Source: Epithemia pelagica (taxonomy: Eukaryota; Protista; Bacillariophyta). Taken from it: 64,000 bases of DNA. The stretch lies in assembly GCA_946965045.2 (NCBI GenBank), contig OX337232.1:682001-746000 (forward strand), given 5' to 3'. Under the pieces are notes generated by a model. It did not search any database and was not told the origin of the DNA. It saw only the letters and a list, made by a program, of their open reading frames with translations. Below, one piece after another: positions 55,247-64,000 of the stretch (position 1 is its first letter; every line of letters starts with the position of its first letter). The translations under genes were made by a program, and so were the position numbers.

Positions 55247-56644
55247 GTGGTTTTGAAGCATCAAGGAAGTATCTGTCAGAAGACGACGACACAGCTTCTG
55301 TTGTCGGCGACAATGGTGGCAGTGCTGCTGCTGCTTCGAGTGGATACCGTGGAGCTGTGGTGGCAGTCGAAGATCGCGTGGTCTTTCTTCTCCTTCCGCC
55401 ATGCGACAAACGTTGAGTCACACAGCGTCATTATTGACGAGCGGCCACAACGACCACGACTGGACGAAAAATGGTCGTGCCCGAGGCTGTGCCCAATCTA
55501 CGAATGCAACAATCACGGAAACAAGCACGGAGGGTTGCATCCAAACAACCACCATCACCAGCGACAACAGCACACCAGCAAGAAGAAAAAGAAGAACCAA
55601 CAGGACATTCCAGAGAATCGTTCCTCGAGTACTGCTAGTCGCTTCTATGTTTGGAATTATGCCAAGAAACGACCTCCAACACATGCACATCCAGAACGTG
55701 ATTTAGAGGAGGACGACGACAAGCCCCATTCCGTTGACTCCAGGATTGTTTCTTCCACAGCCTCGTATTTGACCTCGTGTCCGACGGCTGCCTTTACCAT
55801 TGGTTATGATGTCGGAACCTGGCCGCGTCATTTGCCGACAAGCAGCAGCCGCAGGACAAGCAGGAGCAGTACAGATCGTGGGCGGGGAGACGAAACGGAT
55901 GCCGAAACAGGATCATTGTCCTGGTCCTTTTCGTCCGAGAATCCTTATATCAGCCATAGCAGCCATGTCAGTACAAAAGCGACTCTTCTTTCTCGCTCGC
56001 AAGTGGTGCGACAATTGCCACCCTGTGAATTTGTGCAGTTTCAATGTTGGTCTCGCCTGCAAGCACCGACTGGTGCGGCGACACAGGTGGCTGTCGTGCG
56101 GGCCGTGACACTGGCGTCGTCGTCGTGGGTGAGGAGTATTACTGCCATGGGTGGGAAACGACGAGGCAATCGCCATTCAAATAAGTACTACAATCACAAA
56201 ATAGACACTCGTACAAACCATGATCCTCCCTTGGGCTGGTCCTGGTTGTTTCAAACCTTTGGTGTCGAACAATTGCACGTGCAAGCCTTGGATCGAGCCT
56301 TGTCCAGCAATCTGTGCAACATTGTGTTGGATCGCTTGCAACAAACGGGTACCACGGCCCAAAACAAAAAAGCCTTGATGCGAATCCTCCACGAGTTGCC
56401 AAAAAAACCACAAGGAAAGGACTCCACAGACCTGGCCTGGTCCTTTCCAGAGTACTACTCGTCCCGTAATCGAAGAATGGTGGTGAACCAAACCGAGCCG
56501 AACCAGCAGCTGCAGCGTCACCCTAAGAGGTGGTGGTGGAACAAGAACCCGCATCACAACAAGATGTGGTGGCATGGCAAAAAGGACAAGACGAGCCTCG
56601 ATCATTCTCCTTCTTTTTCTTTTAGCAACAATGATCCAAAATGA
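55247..56644 (+). CDS. Hypothetical protein with an N-terminal hydrophobic anchor (likely ATG ~55310)
   Basis: 465-codon ORF with composition like the host genes nearby. No recognisable domain. Confidence 0.5.
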   Translation: MVLKHQGSICQKTTTQLLLSATMVAVLLLLRVDTVELWWQSKIAWSFFSFRHATNVESHSVIIDERPQRPRLDEKWSCPRLCPIYECNNHGNKHGGLHPNNHHHQRQQHTSKKKKKNQQDIPENRSSSTASRFYVWNYAKKRPPTHAHPERDLEEDDDKPHSVDSRIVSSTASYLTSCPTAAFTIGYDVGTWPRHLPTSSSRRTSRSSTDRGRGDETDAETGSLSWSFSSENPYISHSSHVSTKATLLSRSQVVRQLPPCEFVQFQCWSRLQAPTGAATQVAVVRAVTLASSSWVRSITAMGGKRRGNRHSNKYYNHKIDTRTNHDPPLGWSWLFQTFGVEQLHVQALDRALSSNLCNIVLDRLQQTGTTAQNKKALMRILHELPKKPQGKDSTDLAWSFPEYYSSRNRRMVVNQTEPNQQLQRHPKRWWWNKNPHHNKMWWHGKKDKTSLDHSPSFSFSNNDPK

Positions 56645-59124
56645 TGAGGAGTATATGAGGTCGGTTCGTATGGTCAACGACCCACCTCAGCAGGACCTTG
56701 TGGTTGTTTCTTCATGGTTCGCCCATGGCAAAACAATCCAAAATCAATCATTGGCCGCCATCATGCTGACCATGTTCTCTCTCTCATTCCCCCATAATTT
56801 GGCGGCGATAATGCGTAGATATCCCTCTCTCTTGTGGTTTTGGTTGGGGAACAGAAAAGTGCGGGGCAAAAACATCGCTACCATTCGCTATCGTCTAGCG
56901 ACTACTGGTAGCGACTCCACTCCACTCGTATTCGGTGGAAGTGGAATCGTCATGGGGACACGAGCGAATGCAAGGTGCTTCTCGAGCTACCCTTTCCTCA
57001 TCAATAGTAATCGTAGGATTTCGCCCTCGTTTGGATGTTTGCGGGATAGATAAGTTCTGGCGAGCTTAGTAGTTTGGAACCAGTCCAACCATTCATGGTT
57101 CCCTTGCTATGAACTAGAGGAATATTAGTGCCGATGAACACGATATTCGCAAATGTACAGGCATGACCATTGTCGTGACCTTGTAGGCCTTTGTCTTTCC
57201 AAGGTCACACGAACCCAATCCGTGGCCCAAGTAGCCTTCTTTAGTACACCCATTGTCATTCGATATGGATCCATGTTCGAGGTGTTGCTTGTTTGCAAGG
57301 TTTGTTCCTCATCTTGCGTAAATGCGACAATGGCATAAACAAAAGCTATGGTTTGTAAAAACTATCTAGGGGTAACTAGGGCAAAAGCTACTCGTGCTAT
57401 CTTTCGATTTTCGGGTCCGGTCGCACATGCGTATAATGAGCGCAATCGCAAAATCGCGTTTTGATAGAATGGCCTGCGTGAAAGCGCGATGCGATTTGGA
57501 AGGAATTTTGGTGAGCATGAGCACCAAAATCGCGCTTTCGCGCGTCGATAGAATGGGCCCCGCAGTGCATGCGATCACGCGTGACTCACTTACATGCTTG
57601 GGGGTATGTGGCTCCTGAATACGACGGATACTGAACTCAGCCGTCCTATACCGCCTTGGCGGTTTCAATCCCACAACGCCGTGATGATGTTCCAGAAGAT
57701 GGATGCTTTTCAAAGCAATCACTATTTCCAAAATGGCATTCAATCTCTTGGCGGCGGCAGCAACGAATCCGTCGTTCGGCCAAACGATGCTGACAACAAC
57801 CACAACAACAACCATACCAACAATCCAGTTCCACCTTGCGTCTATCCTTCCAAGACGACGGATCCGATTCGTTTCAAGTATTGGGTGGTCCTTGCGTTGC
57901 AACTGTCGTCGCTCTTGGGTTGGTGGTGGTGGCAGCCAACCGTGTTGGTGGTGCAAGCGGCGGCATGGTCTCCTCCTCGTCCCATGACGACGAGGAATCC
58001 ATCGACGATTGGTCCAACCACCAGAACCACCATGGTCCTTTCTCCTCGGATGGGCGGGAAATTGCTGCTCCCCTAGTAGTACGACGAAAAGGACTAGCTC
58101 GAAGTGGACGTGTCGCAATTTCGGCATCCCCTTGCTACTTCGGTCAGTAGTAGTAGTATTTCATCCTTTGGCTATGGCCGAGGACGGTCGAGTCCCAATC
58201 AATGCAAGGCCATGGGCAAATCCTCGTCGTCCCTTGTTACCGTTTATTTGTGTAGCAATTGTGGAAGTGAATTTGTTCAATGGCGACTTGTATCCCTAAC
58301 ACGACGACAGGGGAGATGCATCCTCCAATCCTCGTCTTCGTCTAGAACGCATTTAAAGTCCGGCCGATGACGAATTCAAACCTGGGTGGTGAAGCTAATT
58401 CTGTCTGTGTCCGGTCATCCTTTCTTGTCCGGTGCCCAGCTTTTGGGGAGAGAATTCCTCCTCCGGAACACGTCCCGACGGGCTTGCGCCCTCCTCATCG
58501 CGCGTTTCCCTCGTCGCCCTCTGCGCCATTTGATGAATGGGAGATAAAGAGGATGCTTGCAAATGTTGGAGTCAAGAGAATCGGGTATCTGCTTCAAGCA
58601 AAAAAAGCGACCCGAAGCCTTGTCTTCTGTCAAGACCACTGTTGAGTATTTCGAAGAGCATCTCAAACATGTCCAGCACTATTGCTACTCATCAGCAAAC
58701 AAGACGCCGTCAAAATGAAATGGTTGTCATACGCTAAAAGGGCCAGTCTCGGTCCTGGAGACGATAAAATAATATGGACGAACAGAGGTCTCTGCGATAA
58801 AAGAAGAAAGAGGTTCTCTCTTCCCCAAGTAAGTTCAAGTTTTGTGAATTAGCACGTCGACAAAATGCTTTGTCTCTGCTCTTGTTGCTGTAAGAGTCGT
58901 ACTATTAGTAAAGTCGAGAGTTACATTTCGCGCTCGCATGTTTCGGATAGCTCATTTTGTTTGGGTTGAAGTTACGTTCCTTCCTTTCGTTCTGGTACAT
59001 GTTCCAATCGTCCTATAGACAGTCATGAAGGAGACCACCGAATCGTGCCTCACTTGGATCGGCCACCAGTTTCGTGATATTTCCCACGACACACTCTCAC
59101 TCACAATGCCTGTAAGAATGCCAG

Positions 59125-61113
59125 TTAGACGACAATTTCCGAAGGACCATGCTGCTTCTTGGGATCATTCGTATTCGTTGTTGCCGGTTGTGCTTTGTTG
59201 TTGTTGTTGTTGTTGTTGTTGACTCCTCCTCCTTTGGGGAAACAAACTTGCTTGTGTCCTCCATTCCTCCAATCCCATTCTTGACAAAGGCGACTGCAAT
59301 AATATACGGCTTGGCATTGACTGCATCGTTTCATGGTGGTACTTCCGTTGCCATTATTGGAAGAGTTGTTGTTGGTGGTGGTGCTATTTTGGGAGGACGA
59401 TGACGACGATAAGGAGGGGAGGGAGGTGGGAAGGATCCAATCTTCGGCGGCACCACAGGCATTGCATACAATGGGTGTGGCAGGAGTGGAAGGTTCATCA
59501 CTGTCTGTGTTGTTGTTGTTGTTGTTGTTGTTGTTGCCGTCCTCGTGCGGTCTGGCGTTGGAGCTTTGATCAGTCACAGGGATACAAGAAGGCGTTGTCG
59601 TAGAGGCCAAGAGGGAGCTGAGCAAGTAATGTTCCGTTTCCAATTGACATTGCGCCGCCTTGGCGGGTGGTGTATCTTGACAAAATTTGCCATGCAAGCC
59701 CATGAGATCATCGCAGTAATCACGACACGCTGGACTACAATAATGAAAATACCAACAGTTTCGACAACGAAAGGGATGAGGACGTTGTGGTGTTTCCAAA
59801 TTGGAACAGGCGGGTGCCGAACACTTGGGAAAGTACCGCCATCGTTGCGGTGCTTGATCATCGGTATAGCGTAAAAAGCGGACAGAAAAGAATTTGCATT
59901 GCATGGAATTGCGAGCATTGCGCAGAATGGTTGTTTGTGCATGTAAAATGGCATCGCAGGGCAAGCGGGGAACAATTGTGGGAATAGTGGTGTTGTTGCT
60001 AGATTGGGGCGAGGAGGACGTATTCAAAGCATTCGGATTGCTTCCTTCGGCTCCTCCACATTTGGCTTCCAATCCTCTCAAGACATCTTCCCATCCCCCG
60101 AGCATGTTCCAATCCTTATCCAAAATATCTAGCATGGCACACCGTCGCAATACAGGAATAAACCACTGCGGTGGGTCGAGGGCTTCGGGAATACCATAAT
60201 CGTAGAGAGTATCCCAGGTTTCACAGGCGACGGCCGCCAAAAATTCCTTGCCATCAAAATGAATCAAAACTTGTCGGACATTGGTTTTGTGATGGGGCAC
60301 ACTTTCGGCCAACCGTGGCAGCAGTGCCAAGCTTTGCCAACACATGATTTGCAAGACATCCAATCGTCGATCGTGCCATTTCGTGAGGGGACTCGACAAC
60401 ATGCCCCCCACGACATGATGCAAGAGAAAATGAATCTTGTATCGGGCCCATTTAAACCGTTGTTTCAAGGCTCGTTGATCCTGCGTGGTAATGACGGCAT
60501 GGGTTTGACGCCATACCTTGGCACTCGCCAACAAGGTGGACAATACCGTTTGTTGCCAAATCTGATACACCAATTCCACCACTTGTTTGGTCGCCATGGA
60601 ATGTTCCAAAAATTGTTGCAACAAGTTGAGCAATCGATCGTCGGGTTGATATTCCAACAACATGGAATTGGCAGATGCAGAATTCGACGAAGAAGAAGAA
60701 GTAGTAGAAGGCGAAGAGGAAGTTGCTGTGGTTGTTGCTGTTCCAGGAGGACCTGCACTGTGGGTGGTGGTGGGTTGTTCTCCATAGCAATAGCGCAGCC
60801 AATCCAAGGTATCCAAATTTTCCACACGTTCTCGAGCCAAGGGAGGGCTGCTATTGCCAGTGCTGTTATTATTATTATTGTTGTTGGATTTGTTGTGGTT
60901 GTTGCTGGTATTGGACACTGACGACGAGTGGGATGCCGGTGGCAAGGGACCCGCCGTGACACTGCCATTGGTTGCTGGTTGCGAGGAGGCTTCCACCGTC
61001 TGCGGTTGAGCTTTTGTCACTGCTTTCGTACTACTATTGGAACCAGCACCCTTGTTGTTGTTGCTGCTGCTATTGGTATGGTTGTTATTGCTCTTCTTTT
61101 TGGATTTCGCCAT
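59125..61113 (-). CDS. Protein with two MYND-type zinc fingers and Asn/Ser low-complexity tracts
   Basis: CSAPAC...CRNCWYFHYCSPAC...HGKFC and CNACG...CSQCQAVYYCSRLCQEWDW...HKQVC. Confidence 0.9.
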   Translation of the reverse strand: MAKSKKKSNNNHTNSSSNNNKGAGSNSSTKAVTKAQPQTVEASSQPATNGSVTAGPLPPASHSSSVSNTSNNHNKSNNNNNNNSTGNSSPPLARERVENLDTLDWLRYCYGEQPTTTHSAGPPGTATTTATSSSPSTTSSSSSNSASANSMLLEYQPDDRLLNLLQQFLEHSMATKQVVELVYQIWQQTVLSTLLASAKVWRQTHAVITTQDQRALKQRFKWARYKIHFLLHHVVGGMLSSPLTKWHDRRLDVLQIMCWQSLALLPRLAESVPHHKTNVRQVLIHFDGKEFLAAVACETWDTLYDYGIPEALDPPQWFIPVLRRCAMLDILDKDWNMLGGWEDVLRGLEAKCGGAEGSNPNALNTSSSPQSSNNTTIPTIVPRLPCDAILHAQTTILRNARNSMQCKFFSVRFLRYTDDQAPQRWRYFPKCSAPACSNLETPQRPHPFRCRNCWYFHYCSPACRDYCDDLMGLHGKFCQDTPPAKAAQCQLETEHYLLSSLLASTTTPSCIPVTDQSSNARPHEDGNNNNNNNNNTDSDEPSTPATPIVCNACGAAEDWILPTSLPSLSSSSSSQNSTTTNNNSSNNGNGSTTMKRCSQCQAVYYCSRLCQEWDWRNGGHKQVCFPKGGGVNNNNNNNNKAQPATTNTNDPKKQHGPSEIVV

Positions 61114-61461
61114 GGTGTTTTTGTACCTCTGTTATACCTTATTTCTCGGGCAATGGATTCTCTCGTTCTTTTGCTGGGTGTTCTGTCTCCTTTTTTGTCA
61201 CGCAACAACCACCAAAGGGGTCTGTCCTCTCTTCTGTGTATCGCCGCCCCGAGGCATTGCTAACTTCTCTTAGATATTGGCTATGCTAGCTACTCCTACA
61301 ATATTCTGGAGGTTAACGAAACCAAAAAAAAAGGCGCCTACCTCAGCCAGAGAGATTCCTCGTCTCTTGTGGATGAGACCGTAAAAGAACATCTTCTATT
61401 ATTACTCGGTATCATTACTGTCTCTACGATCGAGTTTGGTTCTGGATATCTAACTTACCTA

Positions 61462-62628
61462 CTAAGAGTAATTGTTTGGAAAGAGGGATTTGGGTTGTGG
61501 AGATTGAGAATGGACCGTGGTCGAAGCAGAATCCTTGCTGGGTGGTTGATCCACACGTTGTTTCATGGCGTCCATGACTGAGAGGAATGGTTTCAAGGGT
61601 GAGGTGACATGCGTATGCTTCCATTGTGATACTGCTGTTTGAGCGAGTTCCAGTGGAGTCGACAAAGCCAACGAGGAGGACGACCTTGCACCACCGACCA
61701 CCACCAAGTCGTCGCATGTGGAATCCAACACGTCTTGTACCAAACATTGTTTGTGATACAAGTCTTGCGCACAAGCTCGATAGAGTTCGAGACAATTGTG
61801 GACTTGGTGATCGGCAAGTAGGGGCGTATAAGTAGTACGCTCTTGTAGTGGGGATTCAGGGGGAATCGCCATTGGCACAGCCAGAACATTGTCCAAACGT
61901 CGTCCCAATCCATCTTGGGCTTGATTCAATTGTGACATGCCGTGACGTAAGGCGGTCAACATGCGTTCGTGGGCTAACAAGGTATAGGACATGGAGAGCT
62001 CTAAATCCTCACGAGTCAATGATGTAGTACCACTACTTGAACGATACCCCCAGTGCATCCAATCGTCAGTGGTTGAATGGTTATTGTTGTTGTTGTTGCT
62101 GCTGCTGATGTCGTTTTGAGGCAGTCTCTCCATTGTACGACCGATCAAGGCCAAGCGATGGCGAAGATTGGCAATCGATTCCATGACTTGAAACAAGTGT
62201 TGATCGGTTGCATACCAATCCAAGACAAATCGTTTTTCGAAGGATGTGACTGCCAATTGCAATGTCTTTTGGGTGTCTGTCGATTTGTTCTTTTGGTTGC
62301 TCCTCTTTGACTGAGAGTGTGTTGGGCGACCATGAGATGGAGGGACCGGAGACGAAACTGAGCCTGGATTACTGGGAGTGGGAGCGGGTGGTACAGTCAT
62401 CGTCGACAAATTAGTAGAAGATCGTTTTCCGGTCAAGAGAAACTGTTGATAGGCCGCTGAATCAAAGTCCAAAGTTGCTTCCGAAAGGCCTTGCAGGCCC
62501 GGTTCGCTGGATGGGTCCTTCTTCTCGTGTGACTGTAAGCTGCTAGTTGGAGAGCTGGAAGAAGGCATGTTTGTTTGTCGTTTGGATAGGCCTTGATACG
62601 GTTTGTTTGTGTTGGACGTGTGTGGCAA
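61462..62628 (-). CDS. Hypothetical helical/coiled-coil protein
   Basis: 388-aa ATG-initiated ORF with a low-complexity N-terminus and an amphipathic core. Confidence 0.7.
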   Translation of the reverse strand: MPHTSNTNKPYQGLSKRQTNMPSSSSPTSSLQSHEKKDPSSEPGLQGLSEATLDFDSAAYQQFLLTGKRSSTNLSTMTVPPAPTPSNPGSVSSPVPPSHGRPTHSQSKRSNQKNKSTDTQKTLQLAVTSFEKRFVLDWYATDQHLFQVMESIANLRHRLALIGRTMERLPQNDISSSNNNNNNHSTTDDWMHWGYRSSSGTTSLTREDLELSMSYTLLAHERMLTALRHGMSQLNQAQDGLGRRLDNVLAVPMAIPPESPLQERTTYTPLLADHQVHNCLELYRACAQDLYHKQCLVQDVLDSTCDDLVVVGGARSSSSLALSTPLELAQTAVSQWKHTHVTSPLKPFLSVMDAMKQRVDQPPSKDSASTTVHSQSPQPKSLFPNNYS

Positions 62629-62884
62629 AAGGAGTGTGGTGATTCTCTTGTGACTGTGTGGTTTGCTTTGTTCTCTAGTTTAGAAAAAGTAAATAGGGTC
62701 AAAGCGTTTCCGATTTGCTTCGATGGGAAAAAGGTTTCTTGAATGAATGGGTCAATGGGTCAATTTTGAATGATGAAAATGGGGAGATGACAAAAGTCTT
62801 GTGGATCAACGGAACTGGTTTGTGTTCTTGATGTGGATTCTTGTATTTTTTGTCTTGCTTTCTTCTTCGACACTTGTGTTATTA

Positions 62885-63103
62885 TTATTGTTGCTGAAGG
62901 CGTTGTTGACGTCGTTCTTGATCTTGTTGAGCGGCAATTACTTCGGGTTTGTCAGAGGAAAAGATGTTGTGTCCTTGTCGCTTATCTCCCATCCCATTCA
63001 TGAAGGGAATGGCACACGCCACGGTAATCACCACGGCCGTTCCAAAAGCTTTCCAACCCACACTGCCGGGAAGACGATTCACCCACTGATCCACCAAACT
63101 CAT
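62885..63103 (-). CDS. Small single-pass membrane protein (72 aa)
   Basis: ATG start after a CACA-rich leader, one hydrophobic helix (AFGTAVVITVACAIPFM) and a charged tail. Confidence 0.55.
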   Translation of the reverse strand: MSLVDQWVNRLPGSVGWKAFGTAVVITVACAIPFMNGMGDKRQGHNIFSSDKPEVIAAQQDQERRQQRLQQQ

Positions 63104-63810
63104 ATGTGTGTGTGTGTGCGTGGACTTGTAGAGGATGCTTTGATAGTATTAATTTGGAACCTATGCGGTTTGGAATCCACCGGTGAGAAATAGGTTACAG
63201 ATGAATAATAATATAATCAACAATTGTCTTCTCTTGTCGACAACCTGAGCATCAATGCAATGATCGTCGGTTTGCTGATCTGGTGGCGGCGAATCCACAT
63301 GATGTGATGATGACGCGTCTGTAAGTCTATCCGTGGATCGCGCAAACATTTTGTGCCATTCAGATGGATACGGATTACGGAATACGGAGACTAACAATAT
63401 ATTGGAGTAGCAACGATACTCTATGTGCTTTCCCCTTCCAACTCGTACAAGTCTAGAGTCTACTGGATGAGAAAAAGGATGTGGTGGGTTTGGCTCTGAA
63501 ACGAGCAGAAATAGTCGTCGTTGTCGCCGTCAATCTAACGAGGTAGGACAACCGTACAGTCTTTGTAAGCAACGCCGTATCTGTCCGCTTAGCCAAGGCA
63601 ACCACCATGCAGCTGATTGGTTTCCACGGCATAGAAATAATGGCACCTTGTTCTCACGCAGCAACCGTTTCCCATCCCTCGCGTTCCACCATAAATTTCT
63701 TACATATGTAAACATCAGTATCCTGATCTATACTATCGGACGACCGATCCAGTACCAGCCTTCCCAATAGCCGTTTGTGGTTGAAGCGAGGGACCATTTT
63801 TTTGCTGTTG

Positions 63811-63999
63811 TTACAGAAATGCCCCTTCCTCGTCCACATCCTTGTCGTTCTGGTCGATCGTACCGCCTAGAGTTTTGTCGTCATCCTCTCGATCCTCATC
63901 ATCATCCAACCACAAATCCATGGCAGTCTCATATTCCTCATCACCATCGAGACCCAGTTGGGACCAAAAGTCACGACTTGCGTCCTCTGACTCTTGTTG
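63811..63999 (-). CDS. 3' end of a gene entering from beyond the window; acidic C-terminus
   Basis: Open frame QQESEDASRDFWSQLGLDGDEEYETAMDLWLDDDED...GAFL, ending in TAA at 63811-63813. Confidence 0.6.
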   Translation of the reverse strand, partial: QQESEDASRDFWSQLGLDGDEEYETAMDLWLDDDEDREDDDKTLGGTIDQNDKDVDEEGAFL

Positions 64000-64000
64000 T

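Overview
Eukaryotic nuclear DNA, most likely a pennate diatom. This is an inference from GT-AG introns, CoDi-like Copia motifs, BspA-LRR/kelch/MYND/CDPK genes and AAC-rich low-complexity coding DNA. It is a transposon-dense, repeatedly duplicated accessory region. 1168-9861: an apparently exact 4348-bp tandem duplication (LRR gene, deleted Harbinger element, coiled-coil/PD-(D/E)xK-like gene) whose breakpoint sits at the tip of an imperfect palindrome. 10.9-16.2 kb: a HET-like pseudogene and two kelch genes. 16.3-31 kb: remains of a duplicated kelch / coiled-coil gene / pirin / CDPK cassette. It holds three paralogs of an unknown coiled-coil protein that differ in N-terminal targeting and stalk length, two frameshifted pirins, nested PIF/Harbinger elements and a piggyBac-type MITE. 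32175-37303: an internally deleted Copia element with TAGTAG...CTACTA LTR ends, an AACAG TSD and three LTR starts. 37.5-44.7 kb: a stand-alone retropepsin ORF, a 5'-truncated CDPK and a broken REase-kinase (Crinkler-like) gene. 45077-54169: an apparently intact tyrosine-recombinase retrotransposon (Ngaro/PAT-type A1-ORFs-B1-A2-B2) that may carry a degenerate C5-methyltransferase-like region. It is followed by a Stowaway-like MITE. 55-64 kb: ordinary host genes (double-MYND protein and unknown proteins). Family assignments come from motif recognition by eye; no database searches were run.
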